Below, one piece after another: positions 19,411 to 29,699 of a DNA stretch of 64,000 nucleotides. The notes beneath the pieces are model-generated. The model did no database searches. It was given only the letters and a program-made list of their open reading frames with translations, and was not told where the DNA came from. Location: NCBI GenBank assembly GCA_031280435.1, contig JAITGS010000015.1:10946-74945 (forward strand), given 5' to 3'. Source of the stretch: Tannerellaceae bacterium (GTDB lineage Bacteria > Bacteroidota > Bacteroidia > Bacteroidales > Tannerellaceae). The position numbers and the translations under genes were made by a program. How positions within the stretch are numbered: position 1 is the first letter of the stretch; every line of letters begins with the position of its first letter.

Positions 19411-19588
19411 CCACTTTTGCGGATGGGCAAACCGAATTTGGTTGGAGCTTTCCACCTTGGCGGATGGGCAAACCGAATTCGGTTGGAGCTTCCCACTTTG
19501 GCGGATGGGCAAACCGAATTTGGTTGGAGCTTTCCACTTTGGCGGATGGGCAAACCGAATTTGGTTGGAGCTTCCCACTTTGGCGGAT
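19411..19588. repeat. Tandem array C, 41-bp period, about 4.3 units
   Basis: ggat cores at 19421, 19462, 19503, 19544, 19585; unit ggcggatgggcaaaccgaatttggttggagctttccacttt. Confidence 0.95.
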
Positions 19589-19771
19589 TCGCCAGAATAA
19601 GGTCAGGATTGTAGCTGCGGATGAATAATGGTATCTAAACCAACAAGTTGGGATTTAAGCCCCCAAAACCGGCGAAGCCCTATAAATGTCTGTCAGCCGG
19701 GGAAAGCTCCCACAATCCGGCTGTCGGCTTTTCGGAGTTTTTAACAGGAATTATATAAATATGATATAGAT

Positions 19772-22291
19772 ATGAAACGATTATTTGTTCTTATATGTTG
19801 TCTGGGATTGATTACGGCGGATGCCGGAGCGCAGAGCTTCCGGCTCAATTCTGCGGGATATTTCAGCAACAATGGCGTTGACGTTATGGCCTTCGCCGAC
19901 GTTTATCCCGAAGGACATCAGAGCGGAGTCAGCCTCATCATGCACGGCAATCGCACGGCAACCAACGGAGACCTGCGATTCGAACCCACTCCGGGGCAAT
20001 GGCAGCCCGTACCCAAACAGCGCAGCCGCAATCAGGATCTGTCGGCCAACCAAATCGTTGCCCGGCTGAGCTTCCCCGATTCGTCGCGCCATCTCAAGGG
20101 ATTCAATCCTATGATCTACCCCGACTTTGAGTTTAATTATACGGTAACGGTCGAGGGCCGGGGCAGCTCCGTAGTCGTAAGCGTCGACATCGACAGGCCC
20201 GTCCCCGAAAGATTCATAGGCAAGCTCGGATTCAACCTCGAACTCTTCCCCGGAGCCCTGTTCGGGCGGCCGTGGATTATGGACGACAAAACGGGAATCT
20301 TCCCGCAGCAGCCCAACGGGCCTACCCTATCCTCGACAAGCAACATAGCTCACACCGGAGCCTTCGACCCCAATCCAAAGGCCAATCTCGACAATCTCAC
20401 CGGACATAATCATGGCTACAATCCTGCCGGAGCCGACAACATAATAGCCGAGCCCTATTCCGTAGGACGACGATTCACGCTGCGTCCGGACGACCCCCAC
20501 AACAAGCTCGTCATAGAGTCGTCCACCGCTGATCTTAAGCTTTATGACGGACGCATGAACCACAACAACGGTTGGTTTGTGCTACGGAGCGACGTCCCGG
20601 CAGGAGCCACAAAAGGCGCTATCCGATGGACCATCACGCCCAATGTTGTCAGCTCCTGGCTCTACAAACCCGTTGTACAAACTTCTCAGCTCGGCTATCA
20701 TCCCAATCAACCCAAGACGGCCGTTATAGAGCTCGACGCCCGCGACAGCCTTCGCCACACACCAACGCTTTACAAAATCACAAGCGAAGGCGAAAAGCCG
20801 GTGCTGAGTACAGCCGCAAAGGAGTGGGGCAAGTTCCTTCGCTACAACTATATCTGCTTCGACTTCTCCGAAATTAAGGACGAGGGGCTGTATCAGGTGC
20901 GCTACGCCGACGCCTCCTCCTCCGTCTTCCGCATAGCTCGCGACCTGTACGACCGGGGCGCATGGCAGCCCGTGCTGGAATACTTCCTCCCCGTTCAAAT
21001 GTGTCACATGCGTGTGAGCGAAAAGTACAGGGTCTGGCACGACCTCTGCCACGACGACGATGCCGTCATGGCCCCCACCGATTATAATCATATCGACGGC
21101 TATGCCCAGGGCGGCTCCACCCTATCTCAATACAAATCCGGCGAGATCGTTCCCGGCCTTAATCGCGGAGGATGGCACGATGCCGGAGATTTCGACCTCC
21201 GCGTTGAATCTCAATCCGGCGAATGTTATATACTTGCCCTCGCCCGCGAAGCCTTCAGGGTGGACTATGATGCAACGACAATAGATCAGGATAAGCGCAT
21301 AGCCGAAATTCATCAGCCTGACGGCAAGGCGGATATATTACAGCAGATCGAGCATGGAATGTTGTCGGTCATGGGCTCGTATACCGCGCTCGGACGATTG
21401 TATCGCGGCATTATATGCAACGATCTGCGGCAATATGTACTGCTGGGCGACGCTGCCGCCATGACCGACGGCATCACAGGAACCTCCGACGACAGATGGG
21501 TCTTCACCGAAAACAATCCCGGACGCGAACTCAGCGCAGCCGCCGCCCTTGCCGCATCCGCCAGAGTCCTGAAAGGCTTCAACGATACCCTTGCATTGCA
21601 GGCTCTTATGGCAGCCAGAAGTATCTTCGCCAATGTGCCGGGCGAAGGATTCTTCAAAACCGCTAAAGTCCAGGCTGCAACAGAGCTCTACCTGGCCACC
21701 TCCGAAGCGATCTACTCCGATTACCTGCTCGCAGAGACAAAATTCATTGCCGATCGCATCATGCAAACAGGCTGGTTTATAGGCCGCGCCGAAAAAAAGC
21801 TCAACAACTCCGCATTTACCCAAGCCATCCGCGACGCCCTCCCGCGCCTCCGCAAACAACTTGACACTCAGGCCGCCGGAACCCCTTATGGAGTGCCCTA
21901 TCGTCCGAGCATCTGGGGTGCCGGATGGGGCATACAGGAACAGGGTTACAACTACTATTTCCTCCACGATGCTTACCCCGACATCTTTCCCGCGGAAATG
22001 CTGTATAATGCACTCAACTTTGTGCTGGGATGCCATCCGGGAGCCAATACCGCATCTTTTGCCTCCGGGATTGGTGCAAAATCGGCAACGGTGGGATACG
22101 GTCTCAACCGGGCCGACTGGTCATACATACCGGGCGGAGTAATCTCAGGCACAGCTCTCATTCGACCGGATTTCCCGGAATTACTCGAGTTTCCATATCT
22201 TTGGCAACAAGTGGAATATGTAATGGGCGGAGGCTCGTCGCACTATATGTTCCTCGTGCTTGCAGCTCAACAGATATTATCTCGGAAATAA
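19772..22291 (+). CDS. Glycoside hydrolase family 9 with long N-terminal domain
   Basis: Signal peptide; SQLGYHP..PKTAV Ig-like module; GGWHDAGDF catalytic motif. Confidence 0.85.
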   Translation: MKRLFVLICCLGLITADAGAQSFRLNSAGYFSNNGVDVMAFADVYPEGHQSGVSLIMHGNRTATNGDLRFEPTPGQWQPVPKQRSRNQDLSANQIVARLSFPDSSRHLKGFNPMIYPDFEFNYTVTVEGRGSSVVVSVDIDRPVPERFIGKLGFNLELFPGALFGRPWIMDDKTGIFPQQPNGPTLSSTSNIAHTGAFDPNPKANLDNLTGHNHGYNPAGADNIIAEPYSVGRRFTLRPDDPHNKLVIESSTADLKLYDGRMNHNNGWFVLRSDVPAGATKGAIRWTITPNVVSSWLYKPVVQTSQLGYHPNQPKTAVIELDARDSLRHTPTLYKITSEGEKPVLSTAAKEWGKFLRYNYICFDFSEIKDEGLYQVRYADASSSVFRIARDLYDRGAWQPVLEYFLPVQMCHMRVSEKYRVWHDLCHDDDAVMAPTDYNHIDGYAQGGSTLSQYKSGEIVPGLNRGGWHDAGDFDLRVESQSGECYILALAREAFRVDYDATTIDQDKRIAEIHQPDGKADILQQIEHGMLSVMGSYTALGRLYRGIICNDLRQYVLLGDAAAMTDGITGTSDDRWVFTENNPGRELSAAAALAASARVLKGFNDTLALQALMAARSIFANVPGEGFFKTAKVQAATELYLATSEAIYSDYLLAETKFIADRIMQTGWFIGRAEKKLNNSAFTQAIRDALPRLRKQLDTQAAGTPYGVPYRPSIWGAGWGIQEQGYNYYFLHDAYPDIFPAEMLYNALNFVLGCHPGANTASFASGIGAKSATVGYGLNRADWSYIPGGVISGTALIRPDFPELLEFPYLWQQVEYVMGGGSSHYMFLVLAAQQILSRK

Positions 22292-22317
22292 TCATAGACT
22301 TTTAATATACAATTATC

Positions 22318-23604
22318 ATGAAACACTTTGTCATAGCTATACTGTTTTTGACCATATTCCTATCAATGGCTTCCGCGCAGGCCGATAGCAATAAGACCGC
22401 CGAACAACTCCGAAACGAAGTTGTAAAGGATCTCTCGACAAATATCCTGCCCTTCTGGGCTAAACATTCCCCGGATCCGTCCGGAGGTTTCTATGGAATG
22501 ATAACTCCCGAAGCCATTCCGGTGCCCGGCGCAAACAAAGGAGGCATTCTTAACGCCCGTATCCTATGGACATTTTCCACGGCATACAGAATGCTTGGCG
22601 ATGAACAATATAAGGATCTTGCGGATAAGGCCGCCCGGTATTTTCTCGATCATTTTATAGATAAGGAATATGGCGGCGTTTTTTGGGATCTCAAAGCCGA
22701 CGGCAGCATCGCCAGCGCACAAAAACAAAGCTACGTTAACGCTTTCGGCATCTACGGGCTTTCCGAACATTTCCGCGCAACGGGTAATATCGAAAGCCTT
22801 CAGGGAGCCATCAGTATCTATAACTCAATGATTAAGCACGCCTATGATCCGATTAACGACGGCTTCATTGAAAACTTCGACCGCGACTGGAAGCTACCCG
22901 CCAACCTTCCGTTCCCGAAAACCATGAATAACAATCTGCATGTGCTTGAGGCGCTTACAAACCTCTATCGTGTATGGCATGACCCCGGACTGCGCAATCA
23001 TCTCCGCAAGCAAATTGATGTGATGTCCAACAAAATACTCGACCAAAACACCTGGCACGAAAGACTTTACCTCAGCATGAACTGGGAACACCGCATGCGA
23101 ATTGATTCCTACGGCCATGATATTGAGTTTTCCTGGCTACTCGTGGAAGCCGCCGAAGTGCTTGGCGACGAAAACATTATTGCCGATACAAAACGCATAG
23201 CCGTAAACATTTCCGACATCCAATTAAAAGAAGGCACCGCGCCCGAAGGATACATCAAAGGCGAAAAATTCTATGGCGACAGGCCCGCTTTCAGCGGACA
23301 GCTCAATGCACAAAGCTCCGAGCGCCTCGAACATGTGGAATGGTGGCCGCAAGCCGAAGCCGTCGTTGGATATGTTAACGCATGGCAGATCAGCGGAGAT
23401 AAAAAATATCTCGATGCTGCCGTAAAAGCCTGGGAATGGATAAAAAAATACGTCATAGATTATGAATACGGCGAATGGTACGGAAATATCTACATTGACG
23501 GAACCCCCGTCAAAACTTCACAAAAAGCCAGCATGTGGCGATGCCCCTACCATAACAGTAGAATGGGATTTGAGATAATGAGCCGTATCCAACACAAACA
23601 TTGA
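22318..23604 (+). CDS. AGE-family epimerase (cellobiose/mannobiose 2-epimerase-like) with signal peptide
   Basis: NILPFW, LNARILWTFS, TMN..LHVLEA, SYGHDIE, WWPQAE, CPYHNSR. Confidence 0.88.
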   Translation: MKHFVIAILFLTIFLSMASAQADSNKTAEQLRNEVVKDLSTNILPFWAKHSPDPSGGFYGMITPEAIPVPGANKGGILNARILWTFSTAYRMLGDEQYKDLADKAARYFLDHFIDKEYGGVFWDLKADGSIASAQKQSYVNAFGIYGLSEHFRATGNIESLQGAISIYNSMIKHAYDPINDGFIENFDRDWKLPANLPFPKTMNNNLHVLEALTNLYRVWHDPGLRNHLRKQIDVMSNKILDQNTWHERLYLSMNWEHRMRIDSYGHDIEFSWLLVEAAEVLGDENIIADTKRIAVNISDIQLKEGTAPEGYIKGEKFYGDRPAFSGQLNAQSSERLEHVEWWPQAEAVVGYVNAWQISGDKKYLDAAVKAWEWIKKYVIDYEYGEWYGNIYIDGTPVKTSQKASMWRCPYHNSRMGFEIMSRIQHKH

Positions 23605-23630
23605 CATTTAATCATCAACATATATACCAC

Positions 23631-25556
23631 ATGAAACGACTCTTAATCGCAATAGCGCTCATCGCAATCACAAGCGCCGCAGGGGCCGACAACTATAACG
23701 GATTCAAGGTATCCGTCTACACAAAAGCTTATACCACAATGCGTATGAGCAACATACAATGGCTCGACTCTACCTGGCAAATTATCTCGAACCAAATTAA
23801 AGTCGACAAGATTTACCTCGAAACCCATCGCGACCTGAAGATAGTCCCCTCCGAAACTCTCGAACAGGCCAAACGCTATTTCCGCAGCAAAGGCCTCGAA
23901 GTGGGAGGCGGTATCACCTACACTATCAACGAGATGAATAACTTCGAAACCTTTTGCTACTCAAATCCCGACCACCGCAAACTCATACAGGAGATTGCCG
24001 AGCATACCGCAAAACACTTCGATTTTATCATACTCGACGACTTTTTCTTTACAAGTTGCAAGTCCGATATAGAAATTCGCGCAAAAGCTAATAAGAGCTG
24101 GAGCGCTTACCGAACAGAGCTCATGACAGCTGCTGCCCGCGACCTTGTCATAAATCCCGCCCGCAAAGTCAATCCTAAGGTCAAGATCATTATCAAATAT
24201 CCCAACTGGTACGATCATTTCCAAGCCTTAGGCTTCGACCTTAAAAACGGGCCTCAAATTTTCGACGGCCTTTGGACCGGAACGGAAACACGCGACCCAT
24301 CAGGCTCCCAGCATCTTCAAAACTATCAGAGCTACGGCATTATACGCTACTTCGAAAACCTGCGACAAGGCCACAACCTGGGAGGATGGATTGACAGCGG
24401 CGGCTCCGGAATGGGCATGGACAGATATGCCGAACAGCTTTGGCTAACGATATTCGCCAAAGCGCCGGAAATAGCACTCTGCGCTTACGACGAACTTATA
24501 GGCGTGAAACTCAGCCCCGACCGGCATCGCACTCCATGGCAAGGACAGAGAACAAGTTTCGACTACGACGAAATGATGAAGCCCGTAAATTTGAACGGCA
24601 AACTCACCACCCCAACGACAATTGCCAGAGTGGCAGGTTACGCCGCAGAAACCGTCAGCCGATTCGCCGCAGAGCTGGGTAATCCCGTCGGCGTTAAATC
24701 GTATAAACCCTATCATTCAAATGGCGACGACTTCCTGCCTAACTTCTTCGGCATGATTGGAATACCTATGGACATTTGTCCAGCATTTCCCACCGGGCAA
24801 AAAGTTGTCTTCCTCACCGAACAAGCCAAATACGACGCCGGCATAATAGAAAAAATCAAAGGTCAACTGCAATCCGGCGGCGACGTGGTCATCACAACAA
24901 ATCTGTTGAAAGCAATAGGCGACAAGCTGAGCGACATTTGCGAGTTGCGTGTGGCAGATAACGTTTTGGTTAATGATTTCGGATTACAGTTCGGAGCAGC
25001 AGGACAGTCGGCAATAGACATTTTGATACCTCTCGTTGCATATAACACCAACGATGCATGGGAAACCGTCAGCGCCGGAAGGCCTTTGGCAGGCGGCGTA
25101 ACCGGATTCCCCATTGTGCTCCGAACTCAGTATTCCGCCGGAAACCTTTACGTAATCACCGTTCCCAATGACTTCGGCAACCTCTATCAATACCCCGAAC
25201 CCGTTTTGAATCAGCTCCGTGAGGTACTCGGCAAAGACCTTGACGTTCGCATTGAAGCGCCTGCCGAAGTGGCATTATTTGCCTACGACAACGGCACATT
25301 CATCGTCGAATCCTTCCGCGACAAGCCGACCGCAATCCGCATTGTCACCGGCAAAGAAACAGAAGAGCTGACCGAAATACTCACAGGAACAAAATACGCA
25401 AAACTCCCACCGCCGGCACGTCCGGCCTTCGCATTTCCACCGGAATTTGAGCTGCCCGAAGGATTCGATATGTCGGCTTTCATACCGGAATTGCGCACAA
25501 GTATATTCACCATAACAATACCCCCACATTCATTTAAAGTTTTTCGTAAAAAATAA
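23631..25556 (+). CDS. Secreted protein of unknown function, possible glycoside hydrolase-like fold
   Basis: Signal peptide MKRLLIAIALI; ETFCYS, ILDDFFF, IIKYPNWYD, TGTETRD motifs suggest a TIM-barrel enzyme; PUL context. Confidence 0.65.
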   Translation: MKRLLIAIALIAITSAAGADNYNGFKVSVYTKAYTTMRMSNIQWLDSTWQIISNQIKVDKIYLETHRDLKIVPSETLEQAKRYFRSKGLEVGGGITYTINEMNNFETFCYSNPDHRKLIQEIAEHTAKHFDFIILDDFFFTSCKSDIEIRAKANKSWSAYRTELMTAAARDLVINPARKVNPKVKIIIKYPNWYDHFQALGFDLKNGPQIFDGLWTGTETRDPSGSQHLQNYQSYGIIRYFENLRQGHNLGGWIDSGGSGMGMDRYAEQLWLTIFAKAPEIALCAYDELIGVKLSPDRHRTPWQGQRTSFDYDEMMKPVNLNGKLTTPTTIARVAGYAAETVSRFAAELGNPVGVKSYKPYHSNGDDFLPNFFGMIGIPMDICPAFPTGQKVVFLTEQAKYDAGIIEKIKGQLQSGGDVVITTNLLKAIGDKLSDICELRVADNVLVNDFGLQFGAAGQSAIDILIPLVAYNTNDAWETVSAGRPLAGGVTGFPIVLRTQYSAGNLYVITVPNDFGNLYQYPEPVLNQLREVLGKDLDVRIEAPAEVALFAYDNGTFIVESFRDKPTAIRIVTGKETEELTEILTGTKYAKLPPPARPAFAFPPEFELPEGFDMSAFIPELRTSIFTITIPPHSFKVFRKK

Positions 25557-25582
25557 ATCATCATCCAATCAATAATTATGTT

Positions 25583-26800
25583 ATGAAAGCACAACTCAAA
25601 TCATTTCTCATCCTGGTTTCCTGCCTGATATTTGCAGGATGCAGCAATCAGGTCGGCTTCGCTCCCGTTAATTCCAATGCTTCGAGCGAAGCGAAACAGC
25701 TCCTCTCTTTTCTATATAGCGCCCGAGGTAAATATACCATTGCCGGTCAACACAACTTCGTGAGCGATTTTGATCGATACGACAACATTGTTCACGAAAT
25801 GACCGGCGCTTATCCTGCCCTCTGGGGCGCCGATTTCAGTTTCATGGCCGAAGGAGATAACATCGCCCGTTTTCAACATTGTGGCCCCATGAATCTGACT
25901 GCCCCCTTCGGCCCCTGCGAAGTAAATGGCCGCAGCAAAGAGAATTTGCGCCAAAGTATAGTTGATGAGGCCAAAAAGAAACATGCCGAAGGGCGAATTA
26001 TAACGTTAATGTGGCATTGTTGCTTTCCATCGAACGGCGATGAATGTAATGGCGACGACATTTGGAGACTTGCCGAGCGCCTCCCATCGCAATCCGAATG
26101 GGATGAGCTTGTTACCGTCGGCACTCCACTTAATATTATGTGGAAAAAACAAATGGACGGCGTTGCCGTTTATCTTGCCCAGCTTCGCGATGCCGGCGTC
26201 CCCGTGCTTTGGCGTCCGTTCCACGAGATGAATGGTGTTTGGTTCTGGTGGTGCAACAAGCCCGGCGATGACGGATTTAAGAAACTCTGGATAGGTATGT
26301 ATAATTATTTTACCAAACATCATAAGCTCAATAATCTCTTGTGGGTTTGGAACACCAATGCACCTCGCGACAAGAAAAACGATGAAGCCTTTGCCTACAA
26401 AGATTTCTACCCCGGCAGTGAATATGTTGACGTGCTTGCGGCAGATGTGTATGCCAACGATTGGAAGCAATCCCACCACGACCAGCTTCTCGAACTGGGC
26501 GGAGGCAAGCTTATGGCGCTTGGCGAAGTTGGAAACGTTCCGACCCCTGAGATCTGCGCGGCGCAGCCGTTCTGGTCGTGGTTTATGGTCTGGGGCTATT
26601 GCATTTACGATTTCTCGGCAATGATTACCGTCCCGGCTCCACCGCCTGCCGAAGGCGATACCACCAATGTTGAACGTCGTCCGACTTTCCAATTCCCGTC
26701 AACAAATCCTGCGGTCGAAAATATTTATAATGACCCTAAGACTATTTCTTTAGAGGATATTGTTTTTTCAAAACACAAATACGATTTTGCAAACAAATAA
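25583..26800 (+). CDS. GH26 beta-mannanase lipoprotein
   Basis: Lipobox FAGC; WH, LWRPFHEMNG.WFWW, LLWVW, YPG.EYVD, ALGEVG, WSWFMVW. Confidence 0.92.
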   Translation: MKAQLKSFLILVSCLIFAGCSNQVGFAPVNSNASSEAKQLLSFLYSARGKYTIAGQHNFVSDFDRYDNIVHEMTGAYPALWGADFSFMAEGDNIARFQHCGPMNLTAPFGPCEVNGRSKENLRQSIVDEAKKKHAEGRIITLMWHCCFPSNGDECNGDDIWRLAERLPSQSEWDELVTVGTPLNIMWKKQMDGVAVYLAQLRDAGVPVLWRPFHEMNGVWFWWCNKPGDDGFKKLWIGMYNYFTKHHKLNNLLWVWNTNAPRDKKNDEAFAYKDFYPGSEYVDVLAADVYANDWKQSHHDQLLELGGGKLMALGEVGNVPTPEICAAQPFWSWFMVWGYCIYDFSAMITVPAPPPAEGDTTNVERRPTFQFPSTNPAVENIYNDPKTISLEDIVFSKHKYDFANK

Positions 26801-26836
26801 CCAAGAAAGTATCACACCATTGCTCTATTTATCTAC

Positions 26837-26875
26837 GTCAAACGGACCGTTTCGAAAGAGACGGTCCCGTTTGAC
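26837..26875 (+). terminator. Hairpin downstream of GH26
   Basis: gtcaaacggaccgtttc-gaaa-gagacggtcccgtttgac imperfect stem; no clear U-tract. Confidence 0.4.
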
Positions 26876-26910
26876 AACAATAGAGAAAAAACTGCTAACA
26901 TACTAATGCA

Positions 26911-27391
26911 CACAACAATTATCCACAGCGCTTCAACGTTTTTGCTATCTCTCGGAACAATGGCTTCCGGCAGCTTATCGAGCAGCGAAATCCGGTGCAT
27001 AATTGTTTTTTGCATGTTGTCGAGAAATGTAATCCGAAACACAATTGTTTTTTGCATTTTGCAAAGAGTTATATTGCGAAAAACAATTGTTTTTTGCTTC
27101 ATTTCGTTCGAAATACTCGAAAAAACAATTGTCGATCGTGTCATTTCGAATGAAATACTCGGAAAAATAATTGTCGATGGGGTCATTTCGAATGAAATGA
27201 ACGAAAAAACAATTGTCGATGGGGTTATTTCGAATGAAATGAACAAAAAAATAATTGTCGACGGAGTTATTTCGAATGAAATGAACGAAAAAACAATTGT
27301 CGACGGAGTTATTTTGAATGAAATGAACGAAAAAACAATTGTCGATGGAGTTATTTCGAATGAAATGAACAAAAAAACAATTGTCGACGGA
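26911..27391. repeat. Tandem array D, 42-bp period, 12 units with a divergence gradient
   Basis: aatt/aatg anchors at 26917, 26959, 27001 ... 27379 in exact 42-bp steps; right-hand unit aaaaaacaattgtcgatggggttatttcgaatgaaatgaacg. Confidence 0.93.
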
Positions 27392-27655
27392 GCGTCACAA
27401 TATGCATTGCGAAGGGCTATAACGGCATTTTGCAATACATCTTTTATTATAGTGCAAAAAAGTGCCGTTGGCGGCAATATACTCCCGGAAATCTATGTTT
27501 CAAGCGGCGTTTGCCATGGTATGGCAGGCGCTAATCCGGCGGCAACTATTATGCTTTTTTGTGCTACGGAAGATATTTTCCGGGCGATAATGATGGTTTG
27601 CCTTTATGCGATCGGCACATACAAAACGAATCGAATCTTTTAAAAAATATATTTT

Positions 27656-29596
27656 ATGAAAAACAAATTATTAGTGCGTTCCCTCAATTTGATGGGAATT
27701 TTTATTATCACAACCATGCTGTTTGTAGGCCCTGCGGCTGCTCAAACCGAAGTGATGGCGTGGGGCAATATGACGGGAATCCGTATAGACGGATTGCTAA
27801 TCGACTTTGAGAGCTCGGTTAGAGTTGTAAACACAAAATGGGCAAATGTTGACTATACGGGACGCGAACGACAGCGGCCCCGCTATGTGCGCGATGGCCT
27901 GACGCAAACGGTGAAGAGCAAAATTCAGTATATTTCGTTTGAGCAGACTGTTACGGATGTGTCGAAAGGAGTGGTCAATGTATCAGTAGATTGCACATCC
28001 GACTCGGCAGTTGTTCAGGAAGGTGTGTTCTATTGTTTTGACTTGCCGGCTTCGCACTACGGCACCGGCACGGTTCGCATAGGAGGCAAGAGAATTGCGC
28101 TCAACAAACTGACCGACATTTCTCCCGCAGCAACGGCTAAGGAGGTCATAATTGAGAGCCCGGAAAGAAGCATAAAAATGAGTTTTGCGTCTTCCGTCAG
28201 GGCCTTTGTTCGCAAAGAGAATGGTAACGCCGGGACCCTCTACCTGCAAGTTTTCGGCAACAAAACCGTCAAAGGACAGCGCCTGAGTTTAAACTTCAAG
28301 ATCAATGGTTCCGGGAAAATTGACAATACACCGGCTGTTATCGAGGTTGATAAAAACAATCCCGGCAGGCTGTTTGCCGGCTTCGGGGGAAATTTCCGTT
28401 TACAAAACCCTGTTAATGATCCCAAGGTTATTGACTATTGTTTGAAAAACATGCGCGTGGCTTTCGGTCGGGTAGAGATGCCGTGGGCTATGTGGCAGCC
28501 AAATGAAGAAACGGATGCGTTGCAGGAAGCTCTTGCGGGAAAAGTAAACCCGCGCGTAACAGCGGCAATGGATATGGCGAAACGATTAGCTGCGGAAGGC
28601 ATGCCGGTTATCATAAGTGCGTGGTTTCCGCCTAATTGGGCTTTGCCCGCCGGCCCCAGGCCAAGGATGCAGGGCGGAGTGGCAGCATGGCGGCTCGATC
28701 CGGCGAAGACTCAACAGATATACAAATCGCTTGCCGACTATTTGGTGTACGTCAAAATGGCTTACGGCGTGGAGGCCTGGGCTTTCTCGTTCAACGAATC
28801 GGATTTGGGCATAAATGTCTTGCATACAGCGGATGAGCATGCCGCCTTCATAAAGGATTTCGGAAGCTACCTGGCCTCCCGTGGGCTGGCCACAAAACTG
28901 TTATTGGGTGATAACTCCGACGCTACTACCTTCGACTTTATTGTTCCGGCGCTCAACAATCCTGCCACTCACAAGTACATCGCCGCCGTATCTTTTCACT
29001 CATGGAGAGGTTGCGACGACGCCACTCTCCACCGATGGGCCGGCGCAGCTCGTGAGCTCAACGTTCCTGTCTTGATAGGCGAGGGAAGTACGGATGCCGC
29101 CGCCCACACTTATCCGCAAGTCTTTGCAGAGCCGACTTTTGCGCTATACGAGATTAATTTGTATACACGCATTGCGGCTATTTGTCAACCTTTGAGTATT
29201 CTTCAATGGCAACTCACGTCTGATTATTCAATATTGTGGGGAGATGGTATATACGGATCGACAGGCGAACTGCGTCCCACGCAGCGATTCTGGAACTTGA
29301 AACAACTTGCGGCCACTCCGGAAAATTCCTTTGCGCTGCCCTTCACATGCGATAAAACGGAAGTTAGCTGCGCTGCATTCGGCAACATTTCTCGCGGAGA
29401 ATTTGCCGTTCACATGACGAACAACGGCGGAGCGCGTCCGGCAACGGTTAAAGGCCTCCCGGCGCTTGCCGAGCTCAAAGCCTTCGCTACCAACAGCAGT
29501 ATGAGCATGAAAGAGATACCGGCCACTCGCAATGCCGACGGTAGCATATCGGTGGACTTGCCGCCGGCCGGATTTGTGTCCATATTCATCAAATAA
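27656..29596 (+). CDS. Clan GH-A glycoside hydrolase (GH30-like) with N-terminal beta domain
   Basis: Signal peptide; GFGG, SAWFPP.W, SFNES (acid/base), SFHSW, IGEG (nucleophile), C-terminal beta-sandwich. Confidence 0.65.
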   Translation: MKNKLLVRSLNLMGIFIITTMLFVGPAAAQTEVMAWGNMTGIRIDGLLIDFESSVRVVNTKWANVDYTGRERQRPRYVRDGLTQTVKSKIQYISFEQTVTDVSKGVVNVSVDCTSDSAVVQEGVFYCFDLPASHYGTGTVRIGGKRIALNKLTDISPAATAKEVIIESPERSIKMSFASSVRAFVRKENGNAGTLYLQVFGNKTVKGQRLSLNFKINGSGKIDNTPAVIEVDKNNPGRLFAGFGGNFRLQNPVNDPKVIDYCLKNMRVAFGRVEMPWAMWQPNEETDALQEALAGKVNPRVTAAMDMAKRLAAEGMPVIISAWFPPNWALPAGPRPRMQGGVAAWRLDPAKTQQIYKSLADYLVYVKMAYGVEAWAFSFNESDLGINVLHTADEHAAFIKDFGSYLASRGLATKLLLGDNSDATTFDFIVPALNNPATHKYIAAVSFHSWRGCDDATLHRWAGAARELNVPVLIGEGSTDAAAHTYPQVFAEPTFALYEINLYTRIAAICQPLSILQWQLTSDYSILWGDGIYGSTGELRPTQRFWNLKQLAATPENSFALPFTCDKTEVSCAAFGNISRGEFAVHMTNNGGARPATVKGLPALAELKAFATNSSMSMKEIPATRNADGSISVDLPPAGFVSIFIK

Positions 29597-29699
29597 CTAA
29601 TAATAACGTGTGTGATTTCCGGGAATATGGCCTTTGCCCGGCTCACGGCAGGGGCTGTTCCCGGATTTTTATAAGTATTACGATTATATATTATAAGAA

